Assembly: GCF_900232105.1 (NCBI RefSeq)
Contig: NZ_LT934425.1
Location: 3,990,001 to 4,022,000, forward strand
Direction of reading: 5' to 3'
DNA from: Candidatus Kuenenia stuttgartensis
GTDB lineage: Bacteria > Planctomycetota > Brocadiia > Brocadiales > Brocadiaceae
DNA: 32,000 nt
The notes beneath the pieces were generated by a model. That model was given only the letters and a program-made list of their open reading frames with translations. It made no database searches and was not told the origin of the DNA. The translations under genes were made by a program, and so were the position numbers. The first letter of the stretch is position 1; each line of letters opens with the position of its first letter. Positions 1 through 7,866 of the stretch are shown here, piece by piece.

Positions 1-2
1 CA

Positions 3-149
3 CTTGGTTACGATATAGACAAACCTTTTTCTGTCACACTTCCTCTTAGAAAGACAGGGAGAGAATATAAGCGTTTCAAGATAGATGTTGAATCAGGCAA
101 AGTCTTATCAATGCAAATTAGAAAACCTGACCAAATTCAGAACTTCTGA
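3..149 (+). CDS. 3' end of an unidentified CDS (partial, begins upstream of the window)
   Basis: Only frame open from the window edge (48 sense codons, ...GREYKRFKIDVESGKVLSMQIRKPDQIQNF) ending at TGA 147-149. No family recognised. Confidence 0.25.
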   Translation, partial: LGYDIDKPFSVTLPLRKTGREYKRFKIDVESGKVLSMQIRKPDQIQNF

Positions 150-401
150 TCCGTGGAATTCTGTTTGATGCCAAATTGCAAGAAGTGCAGTCGCTCACAC
201 GTATCCATGTTGCTTATTTTCCTGTATGTATGCACCACACAAGCAGATTCGGCGGACAATACTCCTTTTTTATGAAAATAGGGATCACATCATTTTCCAA
301 TCAGCAAGGAAACGACTTCTTTCTGTCTATCACATATCTAACTATAATTGTTAGACTTGGATGTTTTTTACTGAAAAATACATTTCAGGAGTTTTGAATT
401 T

Positions 402-884
402 ATGGATTATATAAAAATTTTTAATAAATATCGTAATAAAGGCGTGCTGATAGATTCAAATCTCCTTATATTATTTTTTGTCGGCACATATAATCAATCG
501 ACCATTCAATGTTTTAAAAGAACGCAAAAATATAACATCGAAGATTTTGAACTATTAGAGTCCTTTATTAAGTATTTTAAAAAGGTAGTTACTACCCCTA
601 ACATTTTGACGGAGGTAAGCAATTTGTGTGGAAAGCTACCAGAGATATTTAAGTTAGAATTTGCTAAACATATTGAACTGTTAGATGAATATTATACTCC
701 CAGTCGCCATATCAGTAAATTAGAACATTTTAAAAAGTACGGTCTTACGGATTCTGGTATTATAAATTTAGTGAAAGGGGAATACCTTGTTTTGTCAGAT
801 GATTGGCCACTTGTTAGTTTTATGCAGGTAAAAAATATTGATACAATAAATTTCAATCATTTAAGGTATGTCAATTGGAGTTAA
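402..884 (+). CDS. PIN-domain-like putative nuclease (VapC-like fold), no partner antitoxin recognised
   Basis: 160-aa ORF with four spaced acidic positions in PIN-like contexts (VLIDSN, NILTEVSN, GLTDSG, VLSDDW). Call rests on the motif pattern only. Confidence 0.5.
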   Translation: MDYIKIFNKYRNKGVLIDSNLLILFFVGTYNQSTIQCFKRTQKYNIEDFELLESFIKYFKKVVTTPNILTEVSNLCGKLPEIFKLEFAKHIELLDEYYTPSRHISKLEHFKKYGLTDSGIINLVKGEYLVLSDDWPLVSFMQVKNIDTINFNHLRYVNWS

Positions 885-1168
885 AGGAGAAGATGACCTG
901 AGGGGTCAAATCTCTATTATTGGCGTACCCAGCAAGGTTGGGCTTGAGGCACAAAACCCAACGGTTAAATGTCGCGAACGGCAGTGAAACTGGGACTTTC
1001 TTTTTGATGTAACGAGTTTCGCAGGTTGGCCTGAATAATTTGAATCGTTGGGTTTCGCTTCGCTCAACTCAACTCAACACGACTTATTTAACAAAAAATG
1101 TATATCGGATATACGTATTAAGAAAATTGCTTGTGGTAAAATGATAAAAAGATGAATCTGGGGTAGAC

Positions 1169-1370
1169 ATGACCAGTATCAAAGAGATAAAATTTATCGT
1201 AATGTTAACGTCGGAAGACAGATATCGTCATTGTCATATTAGATTCAAAAGACAAGTTATCCGTTTTGCTGTACAATACGAAACCAAATTTTAAGGCAAG
1301 TGGCTGCCTGTGGTGAGATATGATACAGAACACGGTTTCGCCCATCGCGATTTATTAGACAAAGAAGGTA
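1169..1370 (+). pseudogene. 5' part of a small conserved-looking hypothetical gene, split by IS630 and carrying an in-frame TAA
   Basis: The frame from ATG 1169 reads ...RFAVQYETKF-TAA(1292-1294)-GKWLPVVRYDTEHGFAHRDLLDKEG and then runs into the IS end at 1370/1371. Joining 1370 to 2499 (removing the IS plus one TA) continues the same frame to TAA 2630-2632. Confidence 0.6.
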
Positions 1371-2496
1371 TAGTAAAAAGCATTTATTTTTATAAAAATC
1401 TGTTTTTTTCTTGCATTTGAATTGTTTCTAGAGTATTAAATTCTGCATGAATCCATTTCTCAGTGAAAAAACCCGAATAGAATTTAAAAAAGCACATAAG
1501 AAAGAGCCTCATAGACGTCATGCCGACCGAATCAAAGCTATACTTCTTCTTGATTCAGGATGGAGTTATGAAGAAGTAGCAGAAGCGCTCTTGTTAGACG
1601 ATCAAACAATCAGGAATTACGAAAAACTATACAAAGATAAAGGTTTCGACGGGCTTTTATCTGACAATTATGTTGGCTGTATGCCAAAACTCACTTGCGA
1701 ACAAGAAGAACAATTAAAAGATCATATCAGGAAAAACAACTATAGCGCGGCAAAAGAAATTGTTGAATATGTAAAACAGACATTCAATAAAATCTATACA
1801 CCCGAAGGAATGGTACATACCCTCGATAGATTAGGCTTTACTTACAAGAAAACTACAATAGTTCCAGGCAAAGCAAACCCTGAAAAACAAAAAGAATTTA
1901 TCGAAAACTACAAACAACTCAAAGAAGAGAAAGCCCCTGGAGATAAGATACTTTTTATGGATGGAGTTCATCCACAGCACAATTCTACGTCTGCATATTG
2001 CTGGATAGAGAAAGGCAAAAAGAAGGAAATACCCTCTAATACCGGCAGGAAAAGAATAAATTTAAACGGGGCTATTGACATAGAAACCTTTGAAGTAACA
2101 ATCCGGGAAGATGAAAGCATCAATGCTCAATCAACAATAAAGCTTTTCCATGAAATAGAGTCAAGGTATGCTCAAGCCGGTACTATTTACATAATCTCTG
2201 ATAATGCTAAATATTACAGGTCTAAGTTGGTCAAAGAATACCTTGCAAATTCGAGAATAAAGATCAAATTTCTCCCTTCCTATTCACCCAATTTAAATCT
2301 CATTGAAAGATTATGGAAATTCTTTCGCAAAAAAATATTGTATAACAAGTATTATGATACTTATGAGAAGTTTAAAAACAAATGTTTAAGTTTTTTCAAA
2401 AATATTAACGAGTATACAGATGAATTGTCTACTCTTTTAACTGAAAATTTTCAAATTATTGGCGAGCAAATTTCGAAAATCTGATTTGTTTGACTA
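1371..2496 (+). mobile_element. IS630-family insertion sequence (1126 bp) with TA target-site duplication
   Basis: Flanked by TA at 1369-1370 and 2497-2498. The ends TAGTAAAA... and ...TTTGACTA form a short imperfect IR (TAGTMAAA). It encloses an intact transposase gene. TA duplication is the IS630/Tc1-mariner hallmark, and excision restores the host ORF frame. Confidence 0.8.
1447..2484 (+). CDS. IS630-family DDE transposase
   Basis: 345 aa. N-terminal HTH region (ILLLDSGWSYEEVAEALLLDDQTIRNY) and DDE-type triad contexts LFMDGVHPQHN, IISDNAKYYRS and NLIERLWKFFRK. Confidence 0.9.
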   Translation: MNPFLSEKTRIEFKKAHKKEPHRRHADRIKAILLLDSGWSYEEVAEALLLDDQTIRNYEKLYKDKGFDGLLSDNYVGCMPKLTCEQEEQLKDHIRKNNYSAAKEIVEYVKQTFNKIYTPEGMVHTLDRLGFTYKKTTIVPGKANPEKQKEFIENYKQLKEEKAPGDKILFMDGVHPQHNSTSAYCWIEKGKKKEIPSNTGRKRINLNGAIDIETFEVTIREDESINAQSTIKLFHEIESRYAQAGTIYIISDNAKYYRSKLVKEYLANSRIKIKFLPSYSPNLNLIERLWKFFRKKILYNKYYDTYEKFKNKCLSFFKNINEYTDELSTLLTENFQIIGEQISKI

Positions 2497-2498
2497 TA

Positions 2499-2632
2499 AT
2501 AAGCAAAAAACACCTATATTTGTCAAAGATTATAATGAGGCATTGACTTTTGCTGAGTACGATATTAAATCGAATTGGAAACTGTATAAACAAACCTTCT
2601 TAGGAGGTACAGAGTATGAAGGGAAAAAGTAA
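2499..2632 (+). pseudogene. 3' part of the gene split by IS630
   Basis: Hand translation gives (N)KQKTPIFVKDYNEALTFAEYDIKSNWKLYKQTFLGGTEYEGKK*, in frame with 1169-1370 once the IS and one TA are removed. Confidence 0.6.
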
Positions 2633-2912
2633 GGATTTTTTTATGAGGAACTCTGGATTAAGCACAGAGTTTAGTAAATATATTTTAGACCATCCTGAGA
2701 TGGATGAACTTTTAACAGAAGAAAAAGTAATTATATTTCTGCCAGAATTCGACCCTGAGCTTAAAAAATTTAATCTCACTATGGCAAAAGAGATCGAGGC
2801 CGGAGGAGGAAAAGTTACCTATGTGAAAGTAAAGCAGTTATCTCCAAAGGTTCAATCGAGATTAGTTGGAGTAGAAATAGGAGGAGACTTGGGGTCGCAT
2901 CTTAAATATTAA
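2616..2912 (+). CDS. small hypothetical protein, downstream partner of the disrupted gene
   Basis: 98-aa ORF with AGGAGG 8 nt upstream of ATG 2616. It overlaps the end of the upstream (disrupted) gene by 17 nt, an operon-like pair. No family recognised with confidence. Confidence 0.5.
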   Translation: MKGKSKDFFMRNSGLSTEFSKYILDHPEMDELLTEEKVIIFLPEFDPELKKFNLTMAKEIEAGGGKVTYVKVKQLSPKVQSRLVGVEIGGDLGSHLKY

Positions 2913-3036
2913 ACCAGGTTGGATGATGTACGACTCGAAGAGAAAGCAAAGCGAAACCCAACCCAACCCAACTCTTAACGTTTGTAAAATATCGCAAATG
3001 GTTGTCGCTGGATTTCACCTTGTCCTACTCCACCTT

Positions 3037-3198
3037 TTGTTCGCAGGTGAGTTTTGGTACACAGCCAACATAATTGTCAGATAAAAGCCCGTCAGAACCT
3101 TTATCTTTGTATAGTTTTTCGTAATTCCTGATTGTTTGATCGTCTAACAAGAGCGCCTCTGCTACTTCTTCATAACTCCATCCTGAATCAAGAAGAAG
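3037..3198 (-). pseudogene. internal fragment of an IS630-family transposase gene (HTH region only)
   Basis: The reverse complement matches 1543-1704 of the intact IS with 6 mismatches in 162 nt, counted by eye. Track ORF 3025..3216 translates to ILLLDSGWSYEEVAEALLLDDQTIRNYEKLYKDKGSDGLL.... Both ends are truncated. Confidence 0.85.
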
Positions 3199-3357
3199 AA
3201 TTCTTGACATGCACACAGCTTAATCATTTAAAAAACGAGGTATTGGATTGCATTAGTCTTTTACGACAAAGAGCAGAAAAACGCATTGAGCGAATAATTG
3301 CCAATTTGCGGAGCGGGAAAATGTTATTTTAATCATCAAATTTAAGGAGTGTAAAAC

Positions 3358-3561
3358 ATGAAAGCTTATGAATATTATGCAGAGGTTTTGCCTGATGGGC
3401 ATTTGTCTATTCCAAAAGGTCTTAAGGATAAACTGAAACCTGATTCAAAGGTAAGAATCATGCTTTTGCTTGATGATGAGGAAACAGCGTGGAATAACTT
3501 TGCGATGTCACAGTTTCTGAAAGGTTACTCGGAAAAGGATGCCATATATGACAACCTATAA
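3358..3561 (+). CDS. AbrB/MazE-type (SpoVT-AbrB fold) type II antitoxin
   Basis: 67 aa; LPDGHLSIPKGLKDKLKPDSKVRIML resembles swapped-hairpin antitoxins. AAGGAG lies 8 nt upstream of the ATG. It overlaps the following MazF-like remnant by 14 nt. Confidence 0.6.
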   Translation: MKAYEYYAEVLPDGHLSIPKGLKDKLKPDSKVRIMLLLDDEETAWNNFAMSQFLKGYSEKDAIYDNL

Positions 3562-3700
3562 CTTTGGCGAAATTATTCTTGTGAGATTTCCCCATACTGA
3601 CTTGCAGGACATTTCTAAAATGCCTGCCCTTATTTTATACGATTCGGGGGATCAAGATATTCTCATAGCAAGAATAACAACACAGGAATATACCACTTAA
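3548..3700 (+). pseudogene. truncated MazF/PemK-family toxin (50 codons only)
   Basis: ORF below the track cut-off, translated by hand: MTTYNFGEIILVRFPHTDLQDISKMPALILYDSGDQDILIARITTQEYTT*. It matches the N-terminal half of MazF/PemK toxins (G.I.LV.FP.TD...PAL.L...ITxQ) but stops at about half the normal length. Confidence 0.55.
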
Positions 3701-3719
3701 CTAAAAAATAGGTATACCA

Positions 3720-3920
3720 ATGCAAACATTTACCGTTACCATAGCCAAGGGGGAAAAGTTTTACATTGCACAGTGCAAGGAACACTCAAATTGTTTTACT
3801 CAGGGGAAAACAATAGAGGAGGCCATTCATAATATAAAAGAGGTTATTGAGCTTATACTGGAAATCAAAAAGCCTAAAATAAAGGTGGTATTAAAAGAAG
3901 ATCTTGTAAATGCCTTGTAA
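3720..3920 (+). CDS. HicB-like (UPF0150) antitoxin-fold protein, no HicA partner
   Basis: 66 aa. FTVTIAKGEKFYIAQCKEHSNCFTQGKTIEEAIHNIKEVIEL fits the HicB N-terminal domain pattern. No HicA-like ORF is seen on either side. Confidence 0.55.
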   Translation: MQTFTVTIAKGEKFYIAQCKEHSNCFTQGKTIEEAIHNIKEVIELILEIKKPKIKVVLKEDLVNAL

Positions 3921-4118
3921 AAAAGGCAAAACAGAGTCAGAGATTGGAACTCGAAATTCTATCACTGAACAAAGACCCCACACACGTCTCTATGCACGGC
4001 ATCTTGTTGCCTGTTTTTAACGCCTTTACAAACATATACAAACACTACCAAGTAAATTGCTTTTTTATAACATTTCTGCTGTCAAGTAAATTCTAAATTA
4101 TTTTCGCTGAATAGTTAC

Positions 4119-4218
4119 AAAATATCTACATTGATACCGTCATTGTGAGCGACAGCGAAGCAATCTTAAGTCTTTTGGGAACAAGAGATTGCTTCGTCGC
4201 TCCACTCCTCGCAATGAC
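4119..4218. repeat. palindromic repeat element (copy A, complete hairpin)
   Basis: 4119-4198 equals 5606-5685 with 1 mismatch in 80 nt. 4139-4218 forms a long imperfect palindrome, GTCATTGTGAGCGACAGCGAAGCAATCT...AGATTGCTTCGTCGCTCCACTCCTCGCAATGAC. Confidence 0.85.
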
Positions 4219-4249
4219 ATTTTTTAAGGGAAGTGTCCCTATATTAATT

Positions 4250-4630
4250 ATGCGCCGATATCATTTACAAAAGAAAGAACGAGAAATAAAGGAGTTTGAT
4301 GAAATACTCGATATTATAAAGAAGGGGAAATACATCACTATAGCAATGTGCAGGAAAAACGAGCCCTACATCGTCACCTTGAGCTATGGTTTTGATAAAA
4401 CAAAAAACGCTTTTTATCTACACAGTGCATTAAAGGGATTAAAATACGAATTTCTAAGAGAAAATAGCAGTGTATGCGCAACAATAATAGATGATAAAGG
4501 TTATATAATTAATGAATGTGCGCATGCATATCGTTCACTTGTAGTATGGGGAAAAATGTGTTTGGTGGGAAAAGGTCTATGGCATGGACATACTTCTTGC
4601 ACATCTGGAAAATACCCCAGAACAGATTAA
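4250..4630 (+). pseudogene. PNPOx-like (pyridoxamine 5'-phosphate oxidase family, FMN-binding split barrel) gene, frame broken near 4565-4585
   Basis: From ATG 4250 the frame reads MRRYHLQKKEREIKEFDEILDIIKKGKYITIAMCRKNEPYIVTLSYGFD...FYLHSALKGLKYEFLRENSSVCATII...VVWGKM. The expected C-terminal continuation (..YGMDILLAHLENTPEQIKKG..) lies in a different frame (track ORF 4584..). The track's upstream extension from 4145 is just the translated repeat. Confidence 0.6.
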
Positions 4631-4806
4631 AAAAGGGGCATTATCTAACATCCATATTTATAAAACAGTAAGTGGCTGTAAGAATAGAAAGATATATCAC
4701 CACAAAATTACAACGTCTGATAATGTATATTATGTTGTGTTTATAATGGATTTAAGTCGAAACTACGTTCTTATGGCATATTCGCACCTATTTAAACAAA
4801 TTCCAC

Positions 4807-5406
4807 TTACTTTGTCTTTTTCTGTGTTTTGGTTGTCTGTTTTGTGTCTATCCTTTTTGCTTTGCGCAATTCACGCAATGCAAGATAGAATTGCCTTTCC
4901 AGAGATGATTCATATTTCATTATTTCGCTCATCTTATCTTTTTCTTCAATAATTTTTAATGCCTTTAATTGTTGCAATTCATTTTTTGTTCTCTTCTTAG
5001 ATGTGAAAAATCCCTGTTCATATTCCTGAATACCGGAAGAGGCATGTTCAATAATCTGCTTCTCTATATTTAGACATCTTTTCATCCGCCATATACTAGA
5101 AACTATCCTGTCAGCGAAAAACGACTCAATTTCGTTTGAAGGTTTAAACTCCTTGTCTATAATAGCTCTCAAATCATTAAGGTCGTCAATGTTTTCACCT
5201 TCGATTAATATTTCATTACTAAATATATATTTTCTAATTACAGTGCTTTTAGGTACGGAGTCTTGTTCTTTTTCTGTAACTTCTTTTACAACAGTTTTTG
5301 TAGTTGGTTTTTTAATGATAGTATCCATAATCTTTTCTACTTTACCTTTACTGCCATTCTTCCTACTTTTTTCCTGCAAAACGTTTTCTTTTAATATTGC
5401 CGACAT
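4807..5406 (-). CDS. hypothetical Lys/Glu-rich protein
   Basis: 199-aa ORF with no recognisable family. The charged, helical-looking C-terminal half (..FADRIVSSIWRMKRCLNIEKQIIEH..) looks protein-like. Confidence 0.45.
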   Translation of the reverse strand: MSAILKENVLQEKSRKNGSKGKVEKIMDTIIKKPTTKTVVKEVTEKEQDSVPKSTVIRKYIFSNEILIEGENIDDLNDLRAIIDKEFKPSNEIESFFADRIVSSIWRMKRCLNIEKQIIEHASSGIQEYEQGFFTSKKRTKNELQQLKALKIIEEKDKMSEIMKYESSLERQFYLALRELRKAKRIDTKQTTKTQKKTK

Positions 5407-5605
5407 AAATCATCCTCCAAAGTAAAAATTAATATCTATTTTACGTAATAGCATGCCAATACGAAAGATACACACATACAGGAAGTAATATCTCATATTT
5501 GCTATTAATATTCAATAAATATTTTATCCCCTAATGCATATATGATCATAACTTATTATATTTCCACGGTATGGAAAAAGATGAAAACTAGTATAGCGTT
5601 TTATT

Positions 5606-5685
5606 AAAATATCTACATTGATACCGTCATTGTGAGCGACAGCGAAGCAATCTTAAGTCTTTTGGAAACAAGAGATTGCTTCGTC
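5606..5685. repeat. palindromic repeat element (copy B, right arm truncated)
   Basis: 80 nt with 1 mismatch relative to 4119-4198. The homology ends inside the right arm (..AGATTGCTTCGTC|TTAACG). Confidence 0.85.
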
Positions 5686-5983
5686 TTAACGAAACGATGT
5701 AATAGTTGATGCAATTATTCTGTTAGAGATTTCTAAATTAAATTTAACTTTTGTTGACATAAATAGTTATAGCATTTGTGAAATCACATTTTGTGAACTT
5801 CTTGAGTATATAATAGATTATATTACATAGGTATTGCATAGTTATCGCCAAAGGTATTATTTATAATATACGTTGCCGGATCTTGATTTACTGATGCACT
5901 ACGGTTACTATACTACAGTCTGTAATCTGGTTTTAATAATCACTGGACGGGCAATCGTAACTTAATACGGATGCGTCTGACTA

Positions 5984-6343
5984 ATGACGTTTACATTTTA
6001 CTGGGAAAATGGTTTTTTTATGGAGGGACATGTGAAAAAAAAGGTTGTATTTAGCATATCATTGAGGGATCAGGATAATATTCCCGTACAGATGAAGAAC
6101 AAATTATTAGATAAATTTAATGAATTTGGCATTGAACCGGTTGATATAGGTTGGAATTTTGGAATAACAGACGCCTCTGACCTGGGATTGACAAAATATT
6201 TTACAAAAATAACTTACCAAACCGAGGGTAAAGAGGTCGATGATACGAAGGCATACACAAAAAAACTATATGAAACAATTGAAAAAACATTTACTGCTCT
6301 CAATCCTGATTTAAAAATTCAAAGTTATGAAATACAGGATTGA
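5984..6343 (+). CDS. hypothetical protein (start uncertain)
   Basis: 119-aa ORF. An internal GTG at about 6035 preceded by GGAGGG is an alternative start. The ORF is followed by a strong hairpin. No family recognised. Confidence 0.4.
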   Translation: MTFTFYWENGFFMEGHVKKKVVFSISLRDQDNIPVQMKNKLLDKFNEFGIEPVDIGWNFGITDASDLGLTKYFTKITYQTEGKEVDDTKAYTKKLYETIEKTFTALNPDLKIQSYEIQD

Positions 6344-6404
6344 ACAAACAAGGTTTGCAGTTTTTGATTTATTAAATTGATACAGGGCAAACATTACATA
6401 AAAA

Positions 6405-6438
6405 AACCCTGACAGGGTTTGGAACCCCTGTCAGGGTT
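6405..6438. terminator. bidirectional stem-loop between convergent genes
   Basis: AACCCTGACAGGGTT-TGG-AACCCCTGTCAGGGTT: CCCTGACAGGG and CCCTGTCAGGG are exact reverse complements (11-bp stem). An A-run lies upstream, and there is no clean T-run on the plus strand. Confidence 0.45.
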
Positions 6439-6489
6439 AATATGCAAAATACTATCAGACTTATTTATTGAAGTTTTTTAAAAACCTAA

Positions 6490-6792
6490 TCAATGTTGCT
6501 CTTTCCTCTTTTCGCATTTTTCATCATTGCAATATTTGCATGGGTCCTTTTTAAATGCGGCCGCACACCCCTCGCAACAAAGCGTAATTGATTTTTCCTC
6601 GCATTTTACAATGACTGCTTTTCCCGCTTCATTTGCTTTACCACAAACAGCACACTTTGCATTAGTAATTTCCTCGGCGGTTGCCTGTTTCGTTCCGCAA
6701 CAACTTGATGCAAGTGTCGTATTTACCGCATTATAGGTAACTAAAGTAAATACAATCGCCAATACTCCGCAAATTAATCCAATACGCTTCAC
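6490..6792 (-). CDS. small exported Cys-rich protein with TRASH/YHS-like metal-binding motif
   Basis: GTG start at 6792 with AGGAG 7 nt upstream. The N-terminal hydrophobic anchor is VKRIGLICGVLAIVFTLV. CAVCG-x21-CCEGC...FKKDP fits the TRASH pattern C-x2-C-x19-22-C-x3-C. The longer track ORF (to 6870) has no SD. Confidence 0.6.
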   Translation of the reverse strand: MKRIGLICGVLAIVFTLVTYNAVNTTLASSCCGTKQATAEEITNAKCAVCGKANEAGKAVIVKCEEKSITLCCEGCAAAFKKDPCKYCNDEKCEKRKEQH

Positions 6793-7018
6793 AAATTTGC
6801 TCCTTTCTCGAACTTGACATGTATAAAAATTACAATAAACGATGAGCCTTTCTCCAAATAGACCCACCAACGATTATGTAAAACAATAAATTTACTGAAA
6901 ATGTTTCAACATTTTAAAAAGGCCGCATTTTACCTAAAAAAATCATATTAGTTTACCGCCGAGGGAGCCAAGAATGCAGAAAAAATAAATAAACGGTAAG
7001 CGGAACTATTACAAAAGA

Positions 7019-7774
7019 TCATACGGTAAAATGGCTGAGGAATTCTCTCGTACGAATATTTTGAGGATTACAAAAAACCATTTCAGGGCTTCCGGACTCG
7101 ACAATCTTCCCTTTTTCCAAAAAAATTACCTGCCGGGAAATGCTTTTTGCAAAATGCATTTCATGAGTCGCAATAACCGTTGTCATTCCTTCCGATACCA
7201 ATTCCCTTATGACTGCAAGGACATCATCTGTCATTTCGGGGTCTAACGAGGATGTAGGTTCATCAAAAAGCATTGCTTCAGGTTTCATGGTAAGGGCGCG
7301 CGCAATTGCAACGCGCTGCTGCTCTCCACCCGATAACTGGCCTGGGTAGCTCTTTGCTTTTTTTTCCATACAAACCCTCTGAAGCATGCCCATCGCCCTC
7401 GATTCGGCTTCAGGATGGTTAATCCCCAAAACATGTACAGACGCAACCATTACATTATGCAAAACGGTCATATGCGGGAAGAGATTAAACTGTTGAAAAA
7501 CCATTCCGATTTTTCTGCGTATATCTTCTACTACACCATTGTTTTTTTTATAGCGGTAATCAGGTTCGAGCGTGCCGTATATGGTAAGCTCGTCAACGGA
7601 AATTTTTCCCTTTTGAAAACATTCAAGTCCGTTGATACAACGTAATAGAGTGCTTTTCCCGCTTCCCGAAGGGCCTATGATTGAGACAATATCCCCTTTT
7701 GCAATATCAAGATGAAAACCTGTGAAAAGAGGCTCGTGGTCGTATTGTTTTGTAAGGTCACGAATTTTAATCAT
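7019..7774 (-). CDS. polar amino-acid ABC transporter ATP-binding protein
   Basis: Walker A GPSGSGKST, signature LSGGEQQRVAIARAL, Walker B MLFDEPTSSLD, H-loop ATHEM. Confidence 0.92.
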   Translation of the reverse strand: MIKIRDLTKQYDHEPLFTGFHLDIAKGDIVSIIGPSGSGKSTLLRCINGLECFQKGKISVDELTIYGTLEPDYRYKKNNGVVEDIRRKIGMVFQQFNLFPHMTVLHNVMVASVHVLGINHPEAESRAMGMLQRVCMEKKAKSYPGQLSGGEQQRVAIARALTMKPEAMLFDEPTSSLDPEMTDDVLAVIRELVSEGMTTVIATHEMHFAKSISRQVIFLEKGKIVESGSPEMVFCNPQNIRTREFLSHFTV

Positions 7775-7790
7775 TTAAAATAGTGCTGAT

Positions 7791-7862
7791 GTATGGGCGA
7801 AGCATTTGTGATAACTGGCATACATGCGTTCATGCCCGAAAACGCAAATGCTTCTCCCCTAC
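7791..7862. repeat. REP-like palindromic element (copy 1), between permease and ATPase genes
   Basis: GTATGGGCGAAGCATTTG...CAAATGCTTCTCCCCTAC: 18-nt arms with 2 mismatches. The interior is homologous to the copy at 10026-10098. Confidence 0.8.
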
Positions 7863-7866
7863 AGTT

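Noticed and set aside
176-397. 73-aa plus-strand ORF upstream of the PIN-like gene; considered as a possible antitoxin
   Set aside because: No SD, an odd composition (MQEVQSLTRIHVAYFPVCMHHTSRF...), and no resemblance to any antitoxin fold. Most likely a chance ORF.
3132-3332. 66-aa plus-strand ORF
   Set aside because: Its first half is antisense to the IS630 transposase fragment. Only the last ~35 codons could be a remnant of a truncated gene, and there is no start context.
4145-4249. N-terminal extension of the PNPOx-like ORF (GTG start, MSDSEAILSLLGTRDCFVAPLLAMT...)
   Set aside because: This is the translation of the palindromic repeat element (also present at 5606-5685). The family-typical N-terminus starts at ATG 4250.
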